Position numbers and translations under genes: made by a program. Source: Takakia lepidozioides (lineage: Eukaryota; Plantae; Bryophyta). Taken from it: a stretch of 64,000 bases of DNA. Positions 46,892-59,974 of the stretch are shown one piece after another (the first letter of the stretch is position 1; each line of letters opens with the position of its first letter). Where the stretch lies: the NCBI GenBank assembly GCA_030704615.1, contig CM060732.1, positions 14,446,001 to 14,510,000 on the forward strand. The letters are read 5' to 3'. The notes below the pieces were generated by a model that was not told the origin of the DNA, searched no databases, and was given only the letters and a program-made list of their open reading frames with translations.

Positions 46892-48445
46892 AAATGCGGC
46901 GCTGCATTTCCGTTAAGTACCATCACGAAGCTACACATCCGTACTTGTTGGAAGAAAATGCGGCACCGCATTTCCGTTCCACCTTCACAAACCTTAGTTG
47001 TTGAACGGAAATACGGTGCCGCATTTCCGTCCCACAGCTCCATGCCTGAGATACAAAGGGGAAATGCGGCGCCGCATTTCCATTCTGGAATGTCGAAAGG
47101 TGCGATTCGGACGGAAATGTGGCACAACATTTCAGTTCCCTGGTTCATGATTTTCAATCTGAACGGAAATGCGGTACCGCATTTCCGTTCCACCTTCACA
47201 TACCTTAGTTGATGAACGGAAATGCCGTGCCACATTTCCGTTTGGGAAAGTATAAAGGTCTCACCTGAACGGAAATGCGGTGCCGCATTTCCGGTTTGAA
47301 AAGTATGAAGGTCTCACATGGACGGAAATGTGGCGCCGCATTTCCGTTCTGGAATGTCGGCAGGTGCGACTCGGACGGAAATGCGGTGCCGCATTTCAGT
47401 TCCGATGGTTCACGATTTTCAGTCAGAACGGAAATGCGGTACCGCATTTCCGTTCTGGAGAGTATGAAGGTCTCAAACGGATGGAAATGCGGTGCAAAAT
47501 TTTCGTCCCTCCGCTCCATGCCTGAGATAGAAAACGGAAATGCGGTGCCGCATTTCCGTTCTGGTATGTCGGAAGGTGCGACTCGGACGGAAATGCGGTG
47601 CCACATTTCAGTTCCCGTTGTTCATAATTCTCAACCAGAACGGAAATGTACCGCATTTCCGTTCTGGAGAGTATGAAGGTCTTAACTGGTCGGAAATGCG
47701 CTGCAACATTTGTGTCACTCGGCTCCATGCCTCAGATAAAAAACGGAAATGCGGCGCCGCATTCCCGTTCTGGAATGTCGGAAGGTGCGACTCGGACGGA
47801 AATGCGGTGCCGCATTTCCGTTCTGGAGAGTATGAAGGTCTCAAACGGACGGAAATGCGGTGCAGCATTTCCGTCACCCAGCTCCATGCCTCAGATACAA
47901 AACGGAAATGCGGCGCCGCATTTCCGTTCTGGAATGTCGGAAGGTGCGACTCGGACGGAAATGCGGTGCCGCATTTCAGTTCCGATGGTTCACGATTTTC
48001 AGTCAGAACGGAAATGCGGTACCGCATTTCCGTTCTGGAGAGTATGAAGGTCTCAAACGGACGGAAATGCGGTGCAGCATTTCTATCCCTCAGCTCCATG
48101 CGTCAGATACAAAACGGAAATGCGGCGCCGTATTTCCGTTCTGGTATGTCGGAAGGTGCGACTCGGACGGAAATGCGGTGCCGCATTTCAGTTCCCGTGG
48201 TTCATGATTCTTAATAAGAACGGAAATGCGGTGCCGCATTTCCATTCCACCTTCATATACCGTGCTTGTTGGATGGAAATGCGGCACCGCATTTCCGTTC
48301 TTGAGAGTATAATGGTTTCCCCCGGACGGAAACGTGGTGCCGCATTTCCGTCGCACTGGTGCATGGCTAAGATGCAAAACAGAAATGCGGCGCCGTATTT
48401 CCGTCCAACAGCAATCGAAAGTATCACTCCGGACGGAAATGCGGA
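46892..48445. repeat. Array of about 30 copies of the 22-bp palindrome at 53-bp period, with higher-order repeat of spacer types
   Basis: Copies at about 47007, 47061, 47113, 47165 ... 47745, 47798, 47851, 47904, 47957, 48010, 48063, 48116, 48169, 48222, 48275, 48328, 48381. Confidence 0.95.
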
Positions 48446-48823
48446 ACCTCAATGGGTTGCATTGTTCCGAAATAACACAATTGCAGCCTGTCTTGATGAG
48501 CACAACTTGGTTGTCTGACCGTTTTAACTAACAATCCTGGTACTTGCCAGTGCGAACATTCATGTCTGCACCGAGAATACTGCTGGATCCACCCTCAGGA
48601 GAAACTGTCAGGAGATGTTATTTCGTCGCCGAATCGGCCATCATTGTATTGGCTATGGAATCACACCTCCCACCTTCATGCATGTATCTTGAAACAATAC
48701 TTTCCACTTCAATGTGCGACTTCCAATCGTCGATGGACTTCGCAGATCCACTTACATGGTGCCTGTGAGCCTTGGTCTGTCGCTATACTGAACCTCGCAC
48801 TTGCCAACTTCGTGCGGTCTTCG

Positions 48824-51800
48824 ATGGCTCCGAATGCCTATGCTATAGTTTGTTGTCCTCCGCAACTTGGGAGAGCCTGGATCCCAAACGAGGGAGGACT
48901 TTGCAGAGTGACTGAAACTTACCTTTGTTCCAAATTCAAGCTCAAACCGGGCACAGTTTATTTGGAAGAAGAAAGGAAGGATGTTCCTGGACAGGTTGAC
49001 GAGACCATTGTCATGCTAGGTAACGACGGAGGTTGCGGAATCGAATGGCACGTACCCCCATCAGACACCATCCTGTACCGAGCTGTGGGAATGCCCATTC
49101 CCTTTCCGAATCAGTTGCTGCCCACACCATCCACAAAGGAGTCCGGAAACCGACAGGCGGCCACTGCCAACAGAGAGGTATGCAACGATAATCATTCCCG
49201 ACCTGGACCGTCAAGACCCTCCATAGCTTCTCGTGTGGACGTATTCAACATTTTTGACGAGGAAGATGACTGCATTGAGGTCCCCATGTCCTCCACACGG
49301 TCATTCAAATCCGACATGGACGTCTCTGTAGGTGCTACGCATGTGCCCTCGAGCATAACTCCAACCCGGTCCATTGTGCAGCTCCTACGACAACATCACC
49401 TCGATGGTTCTCGCTCCGAGCTGGCTGCTCTCGACTATGCCAAATTTCCAGTCAGGAAGGTAACGTATCTGCCTCCCAAAGTTGATGGCAATGTCATCTT
49501 CGAGTTTCCACCTGTTACTTCGTCAAACAAAGCCTCAGGGATGTTAACAGACATGGATCGAAAGCATGACGGACACCCCTGGTGTGTGACGAAGACTAGT
49601 AGCACGAAAATTGCTGATGGTGTTCGTGTACAATACGTCCTCTGTGCGGGGAAGCTGAGGTGCCTCAATCCCGCCCGCTTCCACTTTCTCTCCAAAGGAG
49701 GGCGGAGAAACGAGACGGATTGGATTGGCACAACACATCATCCATTCATTGTCTCCAGCCAAGCTCCTGCGGGTACTTTCAAGTGCGCACATTGCAAAGA
49801 ACCACCGACGTGCATGTCCATGTGCAGAGCCAAGCAATATTACATTATCCATTTGCTCCCGGACTTGACTAGAGCTTGCATACATGTTGGGGTCCACTGC
49901 CACCCCTTGGCGAGAGGCAACATGCGTGAGGCTGTGCAGGAAGCACACGACATCATAAAAGAGGAGGTGAAATTGAGCCCCGGAGCTAGACCAAAGCAGA
50001 TTCAGCTGAAGGCAGCCCACAAGATTGCTCTTGGCAAAATCATGTCTAAAGATGGTTCAGACCGAGTGCCCTTGAACGAAGTGGAGATGCTTGACCTGTT
50101 GGAGTCCATCTCGCACGTTTGTAGTCCGAATGTGCGGAATCACATCATATCTTGCAAGCAGGAGTTTGTCCGGGGGTCGGACATGCACTCAATCCTGGAG
50201 GTGAAACGAATGACTGGATATGACTACATCCAAGGTAGCAAGTTTCCAGGGCAAGGCAGCGAATCCGATCGTTGTTACATTTTTAAAATGTCAACGTGTG
50301 GGCTTGGGAGTGGAGTCGACTTGGTCACTCGCATGACAACTGGAAACTTGTCGAATGCTTGGGTGATGTTTGATCACATCAAGCGAATTACAAACCATAA
50401 GTGGGTGACTATGGGTGCGCATGTTTATGACTGTCACTCCAAGAGGCTCATGACGATTGCAATCTGCAAGATGAAAGGGGAGGACACACAGTCGGAGATG
50501 CATTTGTGAGAGGGCATAAACGAGCAGATGGCAAGGGCGGGATTGCCAAAGCCCAATTTCCGGGGATTCATGGCAGACAACGCTCAGGCCAACTGGGCAG
50601 CGGTCCAGCGTGTGTACGGTGAGGACCCCAATGTTCCAATGGAGGGGAAAGAGAGATCCTGTGGATTCCATTGGATGCAGAGTCTATCTCACTACACTAC
50701 CAAATTTGTTGCTAGCTCATTCCAGGCTGAACAGCGTGTCCTTTGTACGGCGTGGAAGGATGCACCCACATTTGATGACGCGGAGGTTAAGTTTGCTATC
50801 ATCAAGGCTTGGTGGAACACGTCAAGTGTAGTGGAGACAACCAATCTGGGAGCCTTGCACAGCTGGTTGGGGTGGTGGCACTTCCGTTATCGACAGTTCG
50901 GACAGTACATGCGAGAGGTATGATGCTGCCATTTTCGTGCAATTGTCTTTCTATTACGGACCTTTCCATTGGTCCCTCACCATTGTTTGTGTCCTTGTAG
51001 GAGCGGTGCTTGGATTCTGACACGGACATGCCGAACACGAATATGGCAGAATCAGTCCACTCCTCCTGGCGAGCGTCTTCTTCTGCACATCTGGTGGACG
51101 TAGTGACGGCCACAACGAAGGACATCGACCGAGCAATCATGCAGCAAGCCACGTACTACAAGTTCCTGAGCGGGAAACAATGGGGCTTTGGGCCGGACAG
51201 GGAGGAATTGTTGGAACGAACAGCTTCGAGGTCGAAGAATCCACTGAAATGGGCGGCAACATTGCGAGAGAAGATCAAAGGGACGCCTCTGCACCGCAGA
51301 GGTGAATACCTAGAGGGGGACATCCGTACTCGCCCTGTGAGGCGGAGGATTGAAGAGGAACCCGGGTGCGAAGAGGATTCCTGGAGATCCGATAGGAACA
51401 TTCGGACAGCACCTCGAGGTCCCGTCATGTTGCCGCACAATATGTCTTCCAGCAGTGGAAGCACAAGAAATTCCAGATCGCCATCGCCTTCAAGCGGGGA
51501 TTCTGTGCGAGAAATTCCCACCGCTCTCTTGCCCCAGATTCCACCCGCTGTTATGCAGTATGGCCAAGCCATTGTGGAGACGACTGTGTCTGCGTCACAG
51601 TGGAGAATTGCTCGCACAAAGCCGTCGTTTCGAGGCAGGTGTTCCGCAATTCGAGTGGATACACGGCAACGTTGTTTAGAGATGATAAAGAGGAATCCAG
51701 ATGGGGCAGTCCCTGCTCCTACTTTTACAGGAAGATTGTCCATGCAAAGTTTGCGGAGGCGACAACCACCCAGTTCTGGTTCTGCAGGCACGACATTATG

Positions 51801-52430
51801 ACTTGCGTGTATGGAAAGCCCAAGTACGGCATACAAACAATGCCAGAGGCTCTCCCGGTGTGGCCGGTGGAACCAGGCTGCGATCTGAGTCAGGTTGAGG
51901 CCGACGCCCTTACCGCCGCAGGATTTTGGATGGTGCAGCGCACTGACGTCCCCAGACAACCATTTCCGCTTCCACAGCCTCCACCACCGACCCCAGTGAG
52001 AGCAAGAACAATGGGACACGACAGCTCTAAGCATCCTACACACCGTTGGGGGAAACCGAAGAGGCGGCGACCTCCCTCAAAAGTGAACGAGACAAGGATG
52101 GGGAATGCACTTTGGATGAACTGTACAATCCAGAGCTCGACAGAAGTGCCCCCTCCAGGCTTCGGGCGTGTGTATCAGATGGCCATGGCTGGCTCAGCTG
52201 TTTGCAATGAGGTCTGCACCATCACCATTTCAGAATTACCTACCTGCAATTGCACCGACTTCCAGATCATGGCGAACGAGGGGGCATCATACTGCCCTTG
52301 CAAGCATCTGTACTACGTGTACCTAAAGAGACTCCGGTGTAATTCCACAACTCATCACTTCATACATGCACCAGGGTTGAGCCCCCATGAGGTGCACACT
52401 CTTCTGAATATGGATCCAGGGGACCAGTGA
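48824..52430 (+). pseudogene. Mutator/MULE-type DDE transposase with N-terminal Cys/His (GCM/WRKY-like) region and C-terminal SWIM zinc finger
   Basis: D1 VMFDHIKR, D2 FMADNAQA, CxxH CGFHW, E in PNTNMAESVH, SWIM CNCTDF..CPCKHLYYV. In-frame stop 50507-50509, intron about 50918-51000, frameshift near 51745. Confidence 0.88.
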
Positions 52431-53267
52431 GCTTGGCTTGCGGTCCCAACACAATGGTACGCCCATCCTTTTCGGATAGTAGAACTGTACTGCTGCAAGT
52501 AGCTCTGACTCTGGCCACAGAAAGGTCCAACTTATGTCTTGCCTACCAGTAACCTGTTTTGCTCGAACTAAGATAATACTATGTCATTCACTTGTGTTTC
52601 CACGTGCATGTATTTTTGTGTGTTGGAGGGTTCCTGTTTTTCTGCTCTCCCACACTTTGCTTTCCTTATTCGACCCCCGGCAAGGAAATGCGGCACCGCA
52701 TTTCCAAGTAACGTCGTAGGTACTGGTAGATGCGGCCTTTGTCATAGCAAGATAGTCGCACCCAGCCTTCAGGGAGCCGACCGTTGCCAACACCAAACTC
52801 CCCAGAAATTTCGCATGTGCGAGCCCGAATGCGGCACCGCATTTCCCAGTTGAGTCGCAAATCTTTCCCGCCGAATACCCGAAAATGACAGAATTGTGAA
52901 GTACTGCAGACTCTATTGGTGCAGACTCTATTGGTTCAATCGTGGCAGAAGGGTCAGCTTCATTCCAATGTTAAGGCATGTAAAACCGCGGAATACTCTA
53001 TATAGGCCAGTATGCGACGTCGTTTTGCCGTGGTATATACTGGATTTCTCGTTGCACGGTCAATCACTTCCATGAGCGGATCTAAAAAACCATGAGCAGA
53101 CTTGTTACTGACGACATATCTTCGCCGCATTACAGGATGTGGAACTTCCAAAAACGGCAAGGTCAAATAAAAAACTATTATTTTAATACTTGTTTAATCT
53201 GCCGCATTTCCAAATTTGGAGGAGTCCGCTCATGAAATCCGCGTGTCTTAGACTTCGGCTCACCGCT

Positions 53268-53325
53268 CATGCGGCTCATGCGGCTCATGGCTCATGGCTC
53301 ATGGCTCATGGTTTCTGCTCATGAA
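53268..53325. repeat. Tandem GCTCATG(CG/G) repeats, candidate subterminal motif
   Basis: About 7 consecutive GCTCATG copies, with related CGCTCATG at about 53227. Confidence 0.65.
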
Positions 53326-54382
53326 ATAGTAAACCTCGATAACTCAACTTTGGAGTGCAAATGAGAGAACAAAATATGGTTATGGGTCCAAATGACTTTT
53401 ATTTATTCCCAAATTTTACACGCACATTGCATATGCTATCATTAAGCATATGGCTTGAAAATAGAATAAAGAAAAAATCATGTGCAGACGAAACGCAATT
53501 TTCCGTCTCTACGAGCAACAAGAAAAATATTTACATCAATCGATTAATCGGATGTATACAAAGTACATCATGAGAATATCTACAATGCCCCTCTACGCGA
53601 TCCCTGTCTCAAAGGAACCCTATTTCTATCATACACATCCCACTCATGTTGTAACCGGAGATCCCAATCATCCCGGGAGAACTCGTATGAGGCAAATAGC
53701 TCGCTGCCAGCCCTAATAGTCATACTAACACATGTCATGACAAACATGTGCATCCCCTCACAATATACCGACGTATGACCACAAAAGCTCTCATGTCCAT
53801 CGCTTCGCCCTCCACACCTTTAACTATCTCACTCTTCACTGCTCTTCCTCTATCCCCTTTAATCTGTTCGGCCACCTCTTTGACCTCCACCTTTGATCCG
53901 TTATGTGATGTCTTTCCTCTCGCTTCGTCAGATGCGCTCTTGGTACATTTAACCACGCTAGCTTCGATGCCATGTTCCTCTAAGTCAGACTTTCCCCCGC
54001 TTACTCTTGGAGATCCTAAGAGCAATTTCCTCACGTTGCTGGCTTTGTCTTTGTATTTGCCTCTTCCTTCGAAAGCTCCATCCGAGCTGCCTTTCGATAC
54101 ACTCGTACTCTCATCACCAACCAATGCACCTGATTTTGGTGAATCCAACACAATAATATCATGAGCCTCTGCATCCTTTCTGTCGCTTCCGTTCTGGGGA
54201 GTTGACACAACTGCAACGCTAGACTTCACCCTGCTTCCGATTGTGCCCTCAACATCACCAAAATGAAGGTGGATGTTTGTTTAGTTACAAAGAAATGTGT
54301 GATACGTGAATGAACTACAAAATGAGCAACAATGTAATGTGATTCAGAGATTGGAATTTGGTGAAATAGTTAGAAGTTTATA

Positions 54383-57300
54383 TTAATACTTTGTATATAC
54401 AATATTCATTGTTTTAGGTACATTTTGATTGGGGAGAAAGACTGTCAACGAAATTGCTAATGTGGTCCGAGAGAGTGCCACATACAATTGACCATGAGAG
54501 AATACAGGTGTTCGAAGATCTAGACCTACATGTTTTACGGATTGTCCCTGTGATTTGTTGATTGTCATAGCAAGAGCCACCTTCACAGGAAATTGTCTTT
54601 GAGTGAATTTAAAAGGTATCTCTGATGTAGTAGGTTGTAATGTGATTCTGGGGATGAATGTTGTTTCTCCATAACGTGTACCAGTTAAAATGCGTGCCTC
54701 AATGACGCGATCACTAAGACGTGTAACTATGAGTCGTGACCCATTACAAAGCCCACGTTTTGGAGCTATATAGCAACATGATTGAACATCCAACTTTAAG
54801 ATTCTCGTTGCGATGTTTTATCTATAGCACATATTGAATCTTCATTCATCTGGATTGGAAGTTTGAAAGTAGAATGTGCAGTTCGTCCATCATCAAGTAG
54901 AATAGCAGCAATGCCAGAGGAAGCAACACATATAACGATCTTGCCTTATGCACGAAGTGCATGGGTGATGGTGTTGTAAACAAATGTTTTTCCTGTTCCG
55001 GCCGGTCCTTCGATAAAAAAAGTTGTACCACGATGTTTCACTGATGCTAAGACTTCGTGATAAGCAATAGATTGTTCAACATTAAGTTGGGGTACACGTT
55101 CTTCGACTATGGATGCAAGCTCTTCATGATTATAGTCAAGTTGTTCTGCAATGAGTGGATTTGGACTGTGTACTGTCCACTCCAAAATGGATTGCGGCAT
55201 ACCTGGTATGGGCCTATGGCGGATAATGAAGTGTTGTGATGTTCCCTCAAAGATTCATCAATGAGAAATAATCCGTAATCGTATACTTCATGCTCAGAGA
55301 TACCTTTTAAATACCTCTTAAATAGGTGGTGAGGTATGTGAGGTCAAGATGGTGTTGTACTTGCAGCCGATGTCCTAAATCATCGCACAGATGATGACGA
55401 AATTGTTCCCACAGTTGTCTAGGTTGGTTAGGAGTGCAAAACGTAAGTAATGTCACAAACAAATGTCATAGTTGTGATCATATACGGAAAAGTGAAGCTT
55501 CTTCTAGACATCCAATCCACTCTCTATCGTCTTCCAACAATCCCTTGCAAAACATGCTTCTATAATGTGTCGTAAACATGACCACACATTGTTCAGAGGT
55601 GTTCAAATGAGATAGGTCCTCGAACTATGGTAAGAAGCAACCGGAGGTAATAACATTCTCCAGCAGTTGGATCAGCAAAGTACAACCTTCCTAACGCGAA
55701 TCCAAGTACTCTAGGTCTCCTCTCTTTTGTAGCAGCCTTCCAAATATAGTATTGTGGGAATTCAAGATATGTGTATTGCCTAGCATTTGGATCTATTGCA
55801 CATCTAGCAAAAAAAGAAGTTAACATTGTTGTTTCACGCTCTGCTCTTTGAAGGACCATTTGGACATCTTCGTTTTCATTGAATACCACTCTGTGCATCC
55901 CCGGCAAGTGGAGAGCAAGACATACCACATTTGGCTGCTCGTCATGCATCTCCATCGCAAATAAACGTTATGTTGCCTCGGGTACACTGACATATCGAGC
56001 ATCAAGGTATTGCTCGGTCTCATTTGGTTCTCGACCAAATTGCATAGTAGTTCGGTCATGTCCTTTGTAAATATATTTATGAATATATTTTACAGCGAGT
56101 ATGGAAGCACATACCTCTATGTTGATGTGACACTCGTATTTCCTAGATAGGAATGGATTATAGGGCACCACATCCCGATTGTCCACCAAATGTCCTCGTG
56201 TTTCATAGCCGCGACCAATGTTATGTCTCCTTCGATATAATGGATATCCATCAACATCCATGGAGGTCTCTTCTTGGAAGGCCTTTGGATACCATTTTGA
56301 ACACTTGGCATCTTTCATGCATGGAGATTCTCCTGTTAATTTGATTGCAAGATCAAGGGGTCAAGCTTCTAAATTCCTGTTTGCTGAGGGTGAGCCTGAT
56401 AATCTGGGTGCCTTTTGTTCTAGGTTGAAATCCTTCAGAAGGCTGGGTCTGCCTGATCACGACCCCTCACCCGATGGGACTTTGACAGTTGTTGTCCATC
56501 ACCCCAGTGGTTTTCGGGTTTCCCGAAGGGGCCCCTAATCTCCTGGCCACATGAAGCGACTCTTTCATTGGTTCCTAGTTCTTTCTAGAGGATCCTATGT
56601 CGCTCTCTCCAGGCAAAGAGATGGAGGTTATCATATCTAAAGTCCAAAACATTTTCCTCTCCTTCCTTCTGCATCTCACTATCTCTCCTGCCACACCTAT
56701 CTGGAGGTTCCGTGGTCCACATGGGTCGTGTACTGGTCATTGTCTTCAAGATTGTGTTGAAAAGAACAGGATCAAATTCAGACTCCAGAAACTCTGCACA
56801 AACGATTCGATCCACTGCTGCTACATCCACCATTTTTTCTTCTGCTGCAAAGAATATAAGAAAATGCATGTGTGGCAATCCACGTTTATGAAACTCAATT
56901 GTATAGACATGCGCCACAGTTCGTCCAAGTACATTGATCTTCAAGATATCTCGAAGTAATGCCATGGACTTTTTCTTGAAAACACGGGCAACCATATCAG
57001 GTCGATGTATTGTATTCTGTCCTGGTAGTATTGCAACTTTGATCTTAGGCCAGTCGGGGTTTGCGGTCATTGTTCCAAATATGTCGGGGTGTTTGAAATA
57101 GCGAGTGATGCCCATAGAATCTTGAAAGATTTGCGGGAGCTACCCACGAATGAGAAAGGTGAGATAACCCTACGTCCGATATTTCAAAGTTCTATCTCTT
57201 CATTTGCATCGTTTCCTATTGTGTCCGCAAGACCTTGGTATACGTCGGCGCATAATGTTGCCTGGTTCATTTCTACCCATTGCAACCGAGCTTGCTCTGT

Positions 57301-57540
57301 TGCAGCCCATGCATCTACAATGAACTTATGGAACAACTTCCCAGCACGAAGTATTGTAGAATATTCGTTACTTCTTGTATATAAACGGTACTAAAAGAAT
57401 TGCATCTTGCGACACATATGTTTGTCGCACACATTGTATGGCATGCGGGATGAGGAAACAGGAAAACATAGTGTAGTGGCAAATATGTGGGATGACATTC
57501 GCTAATGCGACGCAAGAAACCTCCACGCAAACGAATCACA
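54383..57540 (-). pseudogene. Helitron RepHel (HUH Rep plus PIF1 helicase) relic
   Basis: FGTMTANPDWP, VYTIEFHKRGLPHMHFLIF, KYIHKYIYKG, Walker [45 protein letters not shown]; many lesions and a large helicase deletion. Confidence 0.93.
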
Positions 57541-58129
57541 ACGTCACGAACGGGGAGTTCCGTACATTATGCCTCGAAGCCCCATACATCCTACCCTACA
57601 TTTTGTGTGTCAACGGACAGGATGTACGTAGACGGGGATTGTCTCCCATTGAGATCAGATTTTGTGATGATGACCCCGATATCTTCGGCAATGTTGCTGG
57701 GCTCATCAAGAGTTCTTTTGGTCATCCTAGGATGGGCATCAACATAGGGGACACACTTGGATACAAGGGATTGGGCTTGGGACTGGACACTTGGGCCAAT
57801 GGCACAGGCTATCCTAGTATCTATATGTAAATGAATGTAGGTGTTTATTTTAATTTAGATATTTAATTATTAAAGGATTATTTTTTATTTTTTTTCAGTC
57901 TAGTAATATCCATATGTTTTCAACTTTTCAAAACTCTAGTATTTCAGATCTTAGATCCCGTCCTTGTTGATCCATCAATTTATATACCATTTCACATCTC
58001 CTCGCATTAATATTGTAAAATCTATATTTTCTTATATTTCATATACTCTTAAGGTTTTTATTATTATTTATCATTTTTTAAAATATAATATCATTTATAA
58101 TTTACAATTCTAACTCATGATGATCTATT

Positions 58130-58870
58130 CATCGATACAAACGAACTTGTATGGAAAAAAATCAGGCAGTATGTCATTTTCATTATCCATCATCTCCCAT
58201 GCATTCAACCGTGATTTTAAAACCTTTTCAACAAGACTTAGATGACAATGATACAAGACGATATGCAAAGATAGCAAACGATATATTTGATACACTAAAT
58301 AAAATGGATGTTAATACAAATATTTCATTCAACAAATTTGTTGGATTATTTACTTTAAAAATGGGCACATGTATAAATTCTTTTACGAAGTCGACTGAAA
58401 AAACCAACAATATATTTTAAAAAGACCATGTAAAGATATTCGTACAAATGTTAAATTAGTGCTCAACCAAGCGGAATCTGAATATATAGCTGCAACATTT
58501 AATTTGAATACAAGGAAAACTCATATTATTGCGGTCTATAAACCTCCAACACTATAATTTACTATTTTTTTAATCTTCTCTCAAAAAGCTCATTGATAAT
58601 ATCCCACATACATGGCACAATTATAATAGGGGATTTTAATGTAGATCTCTTACAAAATAATACGGTAACAACAAATCAATTGCAAAAATTCATGTTTTCT
58701 TTTCATATGCAACTCCAATTTCCAATTAGTACTACTATTTATGGATCTCAACTGACCACGTTTGGACAAATGCATATCACCAACATTGCATATCTAGCAT
58801 TACATAAGCATATTGGACGGACCATAAATCTGTATTTATTGCTTTTAAATTACCTAATTACATTCCTTGC
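58130..58870 (+). pseudogene. Internally deleted Helentron/Helitron2-like relic (Rep-region fragment joined to an AP-endonuclease fragment)
   Basis: CHFHYPSSPMHSTVILKP resembles the CRFxFPxPP..T.IL.P motif of this group; IIAVYKPP and TIIIGDFNVDLL are EEP/AP-endonuclease motifs. Confidence 0.6.
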
Positions 58871-59974
58871 TACCAACATATATCATCATCATAATACTGT
58901 AATAGGTAGTCACCATAAGGAGGAGCCCATTATGCGACGAGCCGACTTGTTGTTAACACCATTGTGCCAGTTTGATTGTTAAAATTTTCAAAACTTAAAC
59001 CTCTTGTTATATAATTTTTATATATGGCTTCCTTCCCTTTGCGCACTGAATACTGATCCAGGTTTGACTGTATTGACCCAGTCGCCCACTTCTCGACTAA
59101 ATCGACTTTGGTCCACCCCAAACGCATCACCACACAGCCAAAGACTCGAAATTACAAAATGCAACTACCTCCTGCTGCTAGTGGAGGGCACTTCCGAGCC
59201 CGCATGATCATCCTAGGCTGCGCATGGGCATCAGCGACGCATGGTGTCAACAACCCACCCTATTCTTGCTCGTGGGGCACGCGTTGATTGAGGAAATGAG
59301 GAGAGAGAAATTTTGTAAGTTCGGCAGTCCCCAGCTGGGACAATGGACATGGACACACTCTGGGTTTGCCATAGAAATAATAAAATTCTCTTCTTTTGGC
59401 GTGCAAGCTCGTAATGAAAGATCCAGGTTGGGTAATCGTTGTCTTGTTCCCATCGTCCTCCCATAAAAAATGAACCCCTCTCCCGGGACTCAATATGCAA
59501 TTTTTAGTGTCATGTCCACCAACGCTCGCCCACCTTCTCTATGTTAACGTCCAAGACTGCGTACATTATCAACATAGAATTAGGTTCTCTGAAGCATTAG
59601 CTGTGATGACCATGACATTAACTTCTGTACAATGAGAAAACTATTTCTACTCTAATTTTGATGTCAGTGGCTCATCTGCACTTTAAATCTTGCTTATATG
59701 TACTTCGACAACGGTTTGAAAATGCCATATATATAGAAATATTTTAGGCAACAAATCTTTGTGTTTTGAAGGAAGTTGACTTTGCCGACTATGAGGGTAT
59801 CAATTTTCTTGCAGAGGGAATGCAAAAAATACAGACGCCATTTCATATTGTCCAATTGTTTATGAGCTGGATGTATGATGGTGAATCCATATAATCAATC
59901 CTCTATCCATTAAAAAAAAATCATCAATGAAAATTTGTGACGAAGAGAGATATGACCAAGAAACAATGAACATA

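Larger units (their letters stand above)
31665..53340. mobile_element. Large Mutator-like (MULE) transposon carrying ParB-MTase, unknown paralog pair and palindrome arrays (termini not firmly located)
   Basis: One palindrome family is spread from 32077 to about 52846 and links all the genes. MULE transposase at 48824-52430; GCTCATG tandem repeats and AAATAGTAAACCTC near 53270-53337 may mark the right end. Confidence 0.7.

Noticed and set aside
46892-48445. CRISPR array
   Set aside because: Spacers recur as a few classes in higher-order repeats, there are no cas genes and the context is a eukaryotic transposon.
53735-54229. 164-aa Lys/Glu/Ser-rich ORF
   Set aside because: Low complexity with no domain; may be Helitron-captured sequence but cannot be supported.
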